From: a virus
Taxonomy: Duplodnaviria > Caudoviricetes
Strand: one strand, 5' to 3'
IMG/VR virus record: IMGVR_UViG_3300020469_000189
Location: 1 to 28,812 of that record
DNA length: 28,812 nucleotides
Below, in pieces: positions 9,827 to 17,648 of the stretch. Below the pieces are notes generated by a model. That model did not search any database. It was not told the DNA's origin and worked only from the letters and a program-made list of their open reading frames with translations. The translations under genes were made by a program, and so were the position numbers. How positions within the stretch are numbered: position 1 is the first letter of the stretch; each line of letters starts with the position of its first letter.

Positions 9827-10029
9827 GTTCAGAACTACCTACACAAACAATCACTATCGATGAAACTTCGTATGATGTATCAGCATTATCTAAAGAACAA
9901 CAAAGTATTGTTAATGCAATAAACAAGTGCGATATCGATTTAGAAGATTACAAGCACAAGATGGCTATTACACAAACGGCTAGACAGGCGTATGTTAATG
10001 ATCTTGGCGAACAATTAAAGGAAGACTAA
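9823..10029 (+). CDS. small hypothetical protein (coiled-coil)
   Basis: Translationally coupled ORF; ITIDE..Y....LS..Q pattern followed by an amphipathic helix. Confidence 0.6.
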   Translation: MSSELPTQTITIDETSYDVSALSKEQQSIVNAINKCDIDLEDYKHKMAITQTARQAYVNDLGEQLKED

Positions 10030-10673
10030 TGAAAATATTCGTAGGCTATGAATCGGCATATCCTGAAATGTTTGAAGTGTGTAAGGCATCAATCTTACGA
10101 TTTAATCCTACACACGAAGTTATACCTTTAATTACTTCGGAATTAGAGGAACAGGGAATATACACTAGAAAAGAGAAAGGGAATACCGAATTTGCTTTTA
10201 CTAGATTTCTTGTTCCTTATCTTTCCAACTACATGGGCTATTCTTTATTTTGTGATGGTGACTTTCTATGGAGATGTGACCCACAAGAGATAACTCATTT
10301 TAAGAAAGATAATGAAGAAGTTATGTGTGTACAGCATGCAGACTTAATGTTTGACCAATACACTAAAATGCATGATAAACTAAACAAGCCTTATGATAAA
10401 AAATATTGGTCATCGTTGATGTATTTTAATAATAAAGAATGTGTAAACTTAAATGAGTGGTATGTAAATAATGCAGCCGCTAGGCATCTTCATGGGTTTA
10501 CTTGGGCTAGCAAAGTGGGTTCTTTACCTGCTGCTTACAATGCTTTAGTAAATTATTATGACTTTGGTGAGAGAGCTAAAGGAGTACATTTTACAGATGG
10601 CGGACCATGGATGGGTATAAACGACCATGAGCAATATTGTAAAGAATGGACAGACATATATAATTCATTATAA
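10029..10673 (+). CDS. GT-A glycosyltransferase (GT8/CDI-like)
   Basis: KIFVGY, TEFAFTRFLVPYL, DGD (DxD), WSSLMYFN, YNALV and HFTDGGPW motifs. Confidence 0.8.
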   Translation: MKIFVGYESAYPEMFEVCKASILRFNPTHEVIPLITSELEEQGIYTRKEKGNTEFAFTRFLVPYLSNYMGYSLFCDGDFLWRCDPQEITHFKKDNEEVMCVQHADLMFDQYTKMHDKLNKPYDKKYWSSLMYFNNKECVNLNEWYVNNAAARHLHGFTWASKVGSLPAAYNALVNYYDFGERAKGVHFTDGGPWMGINDHEQYCKEWTDIYNSL

Positions 10674-11590
10674 TGAGAAACATACCTGTAGTAGCAGTAG
10701 ACCAGTATGACTTTTTAGCACACAGACGAGAGCAGGAAAAGAAACATTGGGCAAAAAAGAATAACCTAACAGAGTTAGATTCGATTCTTACTGTTGAAAT
10801 AAATACTACAGAGTTATGTAATAGAACTTGTGTCTTTTGTCCGAGACACGACCCAAAAGTATTTCCAAATAGAAACTTGCATCTTACCATAAAAGGAGCC
10901 GAGACAATAGGTCTCGAACTAGGTAAGGCAGGTTTTAGTGGAAAAATATCATTGAGTGGATTTGGAGAAAATTTACTCAACCCAAATTTCAGAGAGATAG
11001 TTCATATCTTTCGACACACAGTTCCATTAGCAACTTTAGAGTGTAACACTAATGGCGACAAACTTACCCAAACATACGCAGAAGAACTATTTGAATATAG
11101 TGGATTAGATTTAATTTACATAAATCTTTATGATGGCGTAGAGCAAATGACTCATTTCGATAAAGTTATGAAAAATATACCTGAAGAAAAGTACAAGTAT
11201 CGTATGCATTGGGGAGATTTTGAGAACCATGGATTATTACTTAACAACCGTAGCGGGGTCATCGATTGGGTAGGTATAGAAGAATCAAACGTGGCTTCTT
11301 TAAAAGGTAAACCATGTCATTATCCTTTCTATAAAATGTTCGTAGACTGGAATGGAGATGTTCTATTTTGTTCAAACGACTGGGGGAGGGAACATGTTGT
11401 GGGAAATTTACTACAAGATACATTACACAATGTATGGTTTGGTAAACCTATGACAAAAATTCGTAAAAAATTAATAAAAGGAGATAGGTCACACAGCCCT
11501 TGCAATAAGTGTAGTGTTGATGGTTCTCTATTTGGAAAAGAATCTTTTAATCTAGTAAAGGAGTACTATGAAAATCGCAGTAACAGGTAG
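10673..11590 (+). CDS. radical SAM enzyme with C-terminal SPASM/twitch domain
   Basis: CNRTCVFC (CxxxCxxC), GFGE, NTNG; C-terminal CHYPF..VDWNGDVLFC..GNL..W..PCNKC. Confidence 0.9.
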   Translation: MRNIPVVAVDQYDFLAHRREQEKKHWAKKNNLTELDSILTVEINTTELCNRTCVFCPRHDPKVFPNRNLHLTIKGAETIGLELGKAGFSGKISLSGFGENLLNPNFREIVHIFRHTVPLATLECNTNGDKLTQTYAEELFEYSGLDLIYINLYDGVEQMTHFDKVMKNIPEEKYKYRMHWGDFENHGLLLNNRSGVIDWVGIEESNVASLKGKPCHYPFYKMFVDWNGDVLFCSNDWGREHVVGNLLQDTLHNVWFGKPMTKIRKKLIKGDRSHSPCNKCSVDGSLFGKESFNLVKEYYENRSNR

Positions 11591-12071
11591 CAGTAAATTA
11601 GCAAATTGTATACAAGGTAATAAAATAAGAGTAGAGTTTGGGGCAGATTGGTCACAGTATGATGTATTTGTAAACAATGCTCATGTAGAGTGGGAACAGT
11701 GCAGACTTCTCGAAGAAGTGTACGAGGTATGGAAAGATGATGAAACTAAAACAATAGTTAATATTTCGTCAAGAGCCCATCAACCTAATATATCTAAAGG
11801 ATATAAGTACGCCGCACAAAAGGCCGCTCTAAATCATATGGCAACTAACTTAAATTATAACAGTGATGCCAAATGTAGAATTGCTACAATCAACTTTGGG
11901 TTATTAGAGTCTTCAATGCATTCAAGTATCTCATATGAGAGAGCAGGTGAGTGGGTAGATTGGGTGATAAAAAACTCAGACATTACTGAAATAACAATTG
12001 AAAATCCTGCAAATTATATCCAAATTCAAAATGAAAAAGAAATCGCTAGAAGTTTAGGATTGAAGTCATGA
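11568..12071 (+). CDS. minimal short-chain dehydrogenase/reductase
   Basis: KIAVTG, VFVNNA, IVNISS and catalytic YAAQK (YxxxK); only 167 aa. Confidence 0.75.
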   Translation: MKIAVTGSSKLANCIQGNKIRVEFGADWSQYDVFVNNAHVEWEQCRLLEEVYEVWKDDETKTIVNISSRAHQPNISKGYKYAAQKAALNHMATNLNYNSDAKCRIATINFGLLESSMHSSISYERAGEWVDWVIKNSDITEITIENPANYIQIQNEKEIARSLGLKS

Positions 12072-12694
12072 TGGGACGAGTAATATTAGTAGGAAATTCA
12101 GTAGAATTACTTCAACACGAGTATGGCTCATATATTGACAGTTTTGACACAATTGTTAGATTCGGAAAAGGCATACCTACAGATGAAAATTTTGAACAGA
12201 TAGGTAAAAAAACTGATATATGGATTACAGGTTTCTTAAGACAAAGGCACTATCATAGGTTTGAAAATGCCAAAATATTATTTAATCGCTGTAGAATACA
12301 TATGAACACAGAGCCATCTAGTCCTAAATTTACTCAACCGCATGAAGTTATGTTTACAGATAAAGAAATACTAGAAATATTTGATTTAGTAGGAGCTACT
12401 AATGATAAGGCATTAGGTGATCGTCCTTCTGCAGGTTTTCTTGGTATATTGTATTTTTTAAATAAGTGTGAATATGAGAGTATAGAAATCATAGGATTTG
12501 ATTTTTTCTCTAAAAAGTTGCCTTTCTCTACAGGAGCAGACTATCCCGCTAGTTGGCATTTGCCAGTTAATAGTAAGGATAGGAGTCCTCACAATCCAAA
12601 TGAAAAACAAATAGTAAAAGAGTTAGCCGATAGAGGCAAAATTAAATGGAAAGTTCTTTCAGATTTGAAAGAAGAATTTTTAGATTTTTCCTAA
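12068..12694 (+). CDS. GT29 (sialyltransferase-like) glycosyltransferase
   Basis: Sialylmotif-L-like VILVGNS..L...G..IDSFD.IVRF...IGKKTD, S-like PSAGFLGILY...IIGFDF and VS-like H...E. Confidence 0.75.
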   Translation: MMGRVILVGNSVELLQHEYGSYIDSFDTIVRFGKGIPTDENFEQIGKKTDIWITGFLRQRHYHRFENAKILFNRCRIHMNTEPSSPKFTQPHEVMFTDKEILEIFDLVGATNDKALGDRPSAGFLGILYFLNKCEYESIEIIGFDFFSKKLPFSTGADYPASWHLPVNSKDRSPHNPNEKQIVKELADRGKIKWKVLSDLKEEFLDFS

Positions 12695-13630
12695 TCTAAA
12701 TCCTACTTTTACTAAAGACCCAGCTACACGTTTCTGTTTAGTTGATTTCAACATCAAAATTTCATTATTTCGTGCATTTCGCATATTTATAGGTATGCTA
12801 GGAATTAAGTTAGTATACATATCCCATGGAAGAGATAGTTGTATAGTTGTAGGTATCATTGTATAAGTTTGAATTAACCACTTATGTTGTATATTTAATT
12901 GAAAACATTTTCTTAACATTACATTATAGTTAACACTGTCAAGTGGTCCAAGGGATTCTAGTTCTACTAAAATATCATTTTTACCATTCATGTATAGTGG
13001 CATAAATTTATGCTGATAACCTAATAATCTTGTCATAAACCATTCTGTACTTGCTTGATAAAGAAGTCTATCAATCTTAGGCATATTAGGAGATCTTGCT
13101 TCTAAGCCGTCTTTTTCTGTAGGACAGAATAACTCTTCAAGTGAAAAAGTTTTTAACATGTCATAGTTAAATATCATAAACTCTGAATCAATATTTTGTA
13201 GTTTAGTTGGTGAAATAGGTATTTGTAAAATTCTGTAAAAGTCTTTAAATCTTGGATGTTTTCTAAAGACTCTTTTATGTGATAAGAAAGAAACAGACCC
13301 CGCAAAGAATTCTTCATTAGGAAAGTTATTAGACCATTTACCGTTTATTATATTGTTGCCACCTAGCCAAACTATTCTTTTATGTAGTCCACCTTTATCT
13401 TTCCAATGATCCAGTAAGTGACACATACATTTGGCTAAGTCTGATTTTCTCCAAAAAGATTCATATATTTTAACATTTGGAAAGTTATCTACTATCCATT
13501 CAATTGGAGCTTCATCCCAATCTTTATTATTTACATATAGATGTATTCTAACTTCTTCTTTATCGGGCAGGAGTGATGCTAAAGTAAACATACTCCATAC
13601 TTTTTTATAGGGGTGTACTATTTCAATCAT
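12680..13630 (-). CDS. hypothetical protein, possibly a degenerate GT-A (GT8-like) fold
   Basis: Long coupled ORF; TLASLL..RIHLYV and DSEFMIFNY loosely recall GT8 elements, but no clear DxD. Confidence 0.4.
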   Translation of the reverse strand: MIEIVHPYKKVWSMFTLASLLPDKEEVRIHLYVNNKDWDEAPIEWIVDNFPNVKIYESFWRKSDLAKCMCHLLDHWKDKGGLHKRIVWLGGNNIINGKWSNNFPNEEFFAGSVSFLSHKRVFRKHPRFKDFYRILQIPISPTKLQNIDSEFMIFNYDMLKTFSLEELFCPTEKDGLEARSPNMPKIDRLLYQASTEWFMTRLLGYQHKFMPLYMNGKNDILVELESLGPLDSVNYNVMLRKCFQLNIQHKWLIQTYTMIPTTIQLSLPWDMYTNLIPSIPINMRNARNNEILMLKSTKQKRVAGSLVKVGFRLGKI

Positions 13631-14531
13631 TTTTTATCTTTTTAAATTCCCAAAAGTTATCTACATATGCCTGTAGTCTTTCTTCCGCATCTTCATCAAA
13701 TTCAAATATTACTCCAGAGTTTCTTGCTGAGAGTATTTTACAAAGTGCAAGGTACGATTGTCTGTTTGATACTGTATCATAAAAACTTTCGTAAGTTAAT
13801 AAATTTTTCTCTCGTGCTTCTTTAGGAAAGCTAACAAGAGAAAGTCTCTTTCTGAGAAGGAGTGCAATTAATCCCATCTCACTATTTGGAGCAGTCGCTA
13901 CTTCTTTACAATTAAGTAGTAGTTCATACCCACCTTCTTTTTTGTTTAGTACATTTTCTGCACCAAATCTTCTTTTTAAATCGGCAATATAAACATGAGC
14001 AGTAATTGGATGAGGTTTTATTACATATCCTTCATCTACTAATTTCTTTACTCGTCTATAATCAATTACAGTTCCTTTACATAATAAATTACTACCTGGT
14101 AAGAAAATTACTTTATCATAAAATTCTGTATTCCATTGTAAATTATATTTATTCTGTAGTCCATTTACTATTTTTTCGATTCTTTCTTCATCAATCTTTA
14201 TGTCTGAATTAGCAATCGCTTTAAATAATTTGGTGTTAATTTTTATAGAATTAACTCTACAGTATATTCCTTTACCTAAAAAATCTGTATATAACCATTT
14301 TCTAATACTATGTAGTTCATTAGTATTAAACCATAAATCATATTCCCAGTCAACTCCTTCACTAGTGTCAAGAACAAGTTTCTCTTTCAATCTAGCTAAT
14401 CCATCTAAGTCATCTTTAGGTCTTGTACAAGATCCTGACTTCATGAAGTGAGTTGGTATATCTCCCAATGACTCATTTATAGTCATTGCTACCAGTTTAT
14501 TTTTCTTAACTGGCTTCTGCTTTGTTATCAT
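13623..14531 (-). CDS. GT-B glycosyltransferase-like protein (KpsS/KpsC capsule-synthesis type)
   Basis: IKPHP and LL..C.EVAT..NSEMGL.ALL..K.L resemble the HP and NS.G.EA motifs of CMP-Kdo/ulosonic-acid transferases. Start may be the downstream Met (MTINE). Confidence 0.6.
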   Translation of the reverse strand: MITKQKPVKKNKLVAMTINESLGDIPTHFMKSGSCTRPKDDLDGLARLKEKLVLDTSEGVDWEYDLWFNTNELHSIRKWLYTDFLGKGIYCRVNSIKINTKLFKAIANSDIKIDEERIEKIVNGLQNKYNLQWNTEFYDKVIFLPGSNLLCKGTVIDYRRVKKLVDEGYVIKPHPITAHVYIADLKRRFGAENVLNKKEGGYELLLNCKEVATAPNSEMGLIALLLRKRLSLVSFPKEAREKNLLTYESFYDTVSNRQSYLALCKILSARNSGVIFEFDEDAEERLQAYVDNFWEFKKIKND

Positions 14532-14673
14532 TTCTTAGCTTGAAAATTTCTTTTTCTAGGTTTTTTATTCTTTCTTCTGTTTCACCAATATGGTCAAAGA
14601 CGGCTGCCATCATTGACTCTAATTTTTTATTAAGATAGTTTGGTGTAATATCTTCTTGTTCTGCTTTTATCAT
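14506..14673 (-). CDS. small coiled-coil protein
   Basis: ATG at 14673 lies 1 nt after the stop of the Thr-rich gene; heptad-like EERIKNLEKEIFKL. Confidence 0.55.
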   Translation of the reverse strand: MIKAEQEDITPNYLNKKLESMMAAVFDHIGETEERIKNLEKEIFKLRNDNKAEAS

Positions 14674-14674
14674 A

Positions 14675-17419
14675 TTAAGAATCGCTCCATTGTGAGCCAT
14701 CCCAATAAGATAATCCAAAGTCTGCTAGACTCGCAACTTCGGTATCAAAAATTGTACCTGCTTGGGAGGCGGTTATTCTTTCAAATACTGTTGTTGTTGT
14801 ATCGAAAGTTGTTGTTGTTAAGTGATCAGTTGTTCTATTTGTTTCTGTTGCTTTACTTGTGGATATAGTAGTAGTAGTTGTTCTATCTGTTCCAAAAGTA
14901 GTAGTCTTACTTGTTTCAAAAGTGGTTGTAGTTCCAAATACAGTTGTTCTACTTGTTTGAGTAGATTGACTTGTTTCAAAAGTACTTGTTGTTGTTCTGC
15001 TTGAACCAGTTGTTCTACTAGAGGCTGTGCTTCTATCTGTATCAAATGCTGTTGTTGTTGTTCTGCTTGAACCTGTTGACCTAGTTGTAACTGTTCCCTG
15101 TGAAGTTTCAAACGTTGTTGTTGTAGCTCTACTTGAAGCTGTTGACCTAGCTGTATTAAATGTCGTCGTTGTAGAGTGAGATGTTCCAGTAGTTCTAGAA
15201 GATGCTCTTGAAGTAATATAAGCAGTTTCGTACGCTGTGGATTGAGTAGTGTTTGTACTTCTGCTTGTGTTTGTAGCTTGTGTAGTATTTGTACTTCTGC
15301 TTGTGTTTGTAGCTTGTGTAGTAATATATGCACTGATAGTAGCAAATGTTGTATTATCAATGTAAGCTGTATCAGTAGCAAATGTAGTTGCTGTGTTTGT
15401 AGCTTGTGTAGTATTTGTACTTCTTGCTGTGTTTGTAGCTTGAACAGTATTTGTACTTCTGCTTGTTCCAAATGAGGTATTATTTGTGAACGCTGTATTA
15501 TTTGTAAAGCCAGTACTTCTAGAAGTATTTGTTGCTTGTGTAGTATTTGTACTTCTGCTTGTACCAAATGCTGTATTATCTATATAGGCTGTTGATGTGT
15601 TAGTGTTTCTACTTGTATTTGTTGCCTGTGTAGTGTTTGTACTTCTACTGGTGCCAAATGCTGTGTTATCTATATATGCTGTAGTTCTAGAAGTATTTGT
15701 ATTTCTACTTGTTCCAAATGCTGTATTATCAATATACGAAGTAATTCTAGAAGTGTTTGTTGCTCTAGCGGTATTAGTATTTCTACTTGTGTTTGTATTA
15801 ACAGAAGTAGCAGTCGCTCTGCCTGTATTAGTACTATAAGTAGTAGTTCTACTTGTATTTGTTGCATTTGAGAACGCTGTATTATTTGTAAAGCCAGTGC
15901 TTCTAGCTGTATTATTAGTAAATCCAGTTGAATTTGTAAATCCTGTAGATCTACTACCAGCTGTACCTCTAGAAGTGTTAGTACTTCTTGATGTATTATC
16001 ACTTTGCTGATAAAAGTCAGTTCCTTGTTCTGGGTCAAAGTTGAAGTCAATGAATACAGTTATATAAGTAGTAATATTTGTAAATGCAGTATTATTTGTA
16101 ACTGCTGTGTTTCTAGCTGTGTTTGTGTTTCTAGATGTGTTAGTTCCAACCGATGTGTTTCTAGCAGTATTAGTACTTCTAGAAGTGTTTGTATTATTTT
16201 GGAAAACTGTAGTTCTAGCAGTTATATTTGTAAAACTTGTATTGTTTGTAAAAGTAGTAATATCTATATATGCTGTAGAGTTTGTAAAGGCTGTATTGTT
16301 TGTAAAAGAACAAGTTCTACTTGTATTTGTCGCCTGTGTAGTATCATAAGCAGTAGAGTTTGTAAAACCTGTACTTCTACTTGTATTTGTTGCCTGTGTA
16401 GTAGTATAAGCTGTTATAGTAGCAAATGATGTATTATCAATATATGCTGTCGCTGTATTAGTATTTCTAGCAGTATTCGTTGCCTGCGTAGTAGTATAAG
16501 CTGTTATAGTAGCAAATGTTGTATTGTCAATATAAGCAGTATCTCTAGCTGTGTTAGTGCTTCTTGCTGTACTAGTGCTTTGCGTAGTATCATAAGAGGT
16601 TATAGTAGCAAATGATGTATTATCTATATAAGCAGTTGTTGTTGCAAAAGTAGTAGTAGTGCCAGTTGTTTGTGTTGTGTTAGTACTTCTACTTGTATTT
16701 GTAGCTTGTGTAGTATTTGTGCTTACTGTTGTTGCTTGAGAAGTATTATCTATATAAGCCGTATCAGTAGCATAAGTAGTATTATCAATATAAGCAGTTG
16801 TTGTCGCAAATGAAGTATTCCTACTAGTTCCTATTGTTGTATCGAAAGCTGTTATATATGCTGTTGTAGTATTAAATGCGGTAACAGTACTTTTACTTGT
16901 ATTAAATGTTGTAGTTGTAGTAAAGGCCGTTGTAGTCGACTGCGAAGTATTAAATGTTGTTGTTGTATTAAATGTCGTAGTTGTAGTATACGCTGTCGTC
17001 GTACCTTGTGTAGTTGTAAAAGTAGTTGTAGTTGTAAACGCTGTAGTTGTATTAAAAGCAGTTGTAGTACTTGTTGTTGTATTGAATACTGTTGTTGTTG
17101 CAAATGTAGTTGTTCTACTTGTGTCTGTTGTTCTGCTCGTATCGAAAGTTGTAGTTCTACTTGTGTCAAACGTAGTTGTTGTATTATAGTCAGTATCAAA
17201 AGTAGTAGTCGTGTTGAATACTGTATTTTGTACACCTGATATAGTACTAGTAGTTGTAGCAGTTTGTCTTGTAGTTGAGTGCGTAGCAGTAAACGGTCCA
17301 GCTAAAGTTCCGCCATCATTGACGTAAACCTCGTTGACACGACGAATGGTTCCGCTGTCGTTGACAGCGATAAATCGAACAGTCCGTAATGTACCAGAAT
17401 CGTTTACAAATATTGCCAT
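14675..17419 (-). CDS. 914-aa Thr/Asn/Ser-rich self-complementary fibre protein (predicted giant beta-hairpin)
   Basis: Uninterrupted ORF in the operon. N-terminal triple VND(S/G)GT, mirror-symmetric arms (aa 64-452 and 478-866), central FDPEQG, C-terminal YWDGSQW. Confidence 0.85.
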   Translation of the reverse strand: MAIFVNDSGTLRTVRFIAVNDSGTIRRVNEVYVNDGGTLAGPFTATHSTTRQTATTTSTISGVQNTVFNTTTTFDTDYNTTTTFDTSRTTTFDTSRTTDTSRTTTFATTTVFNTTTSTTTAFNTTTAFTTTTTFTTTQGTTTAYTTTTTFNTTTTFNTSQSTTTAFTTTTTFNTSKSTVTAFNTTTAYITAFDTTIGTSRNTSFATTTAYIDNTTYATDTAYIDNTSQATTVSTNTTQATNTSRSTNTTQTTGTTTTFATTTAYIDNTSFATITSYDTTQSTSTARSTNTARDTAYIDNTTFATITAYTTTQATNTARNTNTATAYIDNTSFATITAYTTTQATNTSRSTGFTNSTAYDTTQATNTSRTCSFTNNTAFTNSTAYIDITTFTNNTSFTNITARTTVFQNNTNTSRSTNTARNTSVGTNTSRNTNTARNTAVTNNTAFTNITTYITVFIDFNFDPEQGTDFYQQSDNTSRSTNTSRGTAGSRSTGFTNSTGFTNNTARSTGFTNNTAFSNATNTSRTTTYSTNTGRATATSVNTNTSRNTNTARATNTSRITSYIDNTAFGTSRNTNTSRTTAYIDNTAFGTSRSTNTTQATNTSRNTNTSTAYIDNTAFGTSRSTNTTQATNTSRSTGFTNNTAFTNNTSFGTSRSTNTVQATNTARSTNTTQATNTATTFATDTAYIDNTTFATISAYITTQATNTSRSTNTTQATNTSRSTNTTQSTAYETAYITSRASSRTTGTSHSTTTTFNTARSTASSRATTTTFETSQGTVTTRSTGSSRTTTTAFDTDRSTASSRTTGSSRTTTSTFETSQSTQTSRTTVFGTTTTFETSKTTTFGTDRTTTTTISTSKATETNRTTDHLTTTTFDTTTTVFERITASQAGTIFDTEVASLADFGLSYWDGSQWSDS

Positions 17420-17422
17420 GTC

Positions 17423-17647
17423 TTAACTCGAGTATACGAAAAAGATGTGGCCGCTTGACGTACTTCCTACTCCTGTTGGAGCAGTTGTAGTAATTGTGTG
17501 CGGTAATCTAGCTGAAGGCACTGTGCCTGATGTAATCTTGGCTGCTGCGATACCTGCACCTTGAAAGTTTGCGCTGGAATCTACGGCTTGAACACCATCA
17601 ATTTTTATTCCTGCGTCTTCGATATTAAAATCTAATTTTTGTCCCAT
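17423..17647 (-). CDS. small fibre adaptor protein
   Basis: ITSGTVPSARL fibre-type motif and C-terminal APT...GHIFFVY; 1-3 nt gaps to its neighbours. Confidence 0.6.
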   Translation of the reverse strand: MGQKLDFNIEDAGIKIDGVQAVDSSANFQGAGIAAAKITSGTVPSARLPHTITTTAPTGVGSTSSGHIFFVYSS

Positions 17648-17648
17648 T

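Noticed and set aside
12660-12720. Terminator at the convergence of the two transcription arms
   Set aside because: The genes overlap at their 3' ends, and no convincing GC stem-loop with a U-tract is visible.
677-14451. Short alternative ORFs (677-859, 4240-4518, 6004-6189, 8814-9029, 9379-9630, 10591-10980, 14006-14212, 14200-14451)
   Set aside because: They lie within or opposite well-supported genes and show no recognisable motifs.
15200-16800. Recurring DNA motifs (e.g. gtacttctgcttgtgtttgtagcttgtgtagta) resembling a CRISPR array
   Set aside because: In-frame coding repeats with synonymous variation, no unique spacers of constant length and no cas genes.
14822-17230. DNA/RNA hairpin as the cause of the mirror symmetry
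   Set aside because: Both arms have the same strand bias (T/G-rich on +) and are not reverse complements; the symmetry is visible only in the protein.
14818-17239. Several overlapping alternative-frame and antisense ORFs (Gln/Leu-, Cys/Ser- or Val/Leu-rich) over the Thr-rich gene
   Set aside because: Expected by-products of repetitive ACN/AAY codons that lack stops in other frames; no RBS or domain signal.
14675-17419. Ice-binding/antifreeze function suggested by T-x-T arrays
   Set aside because: Known TxT ice-binders are regular beta-solenoids. Here spacing is aperiodic and better explained by hairpin pairing. Not excluded, but unsupported.
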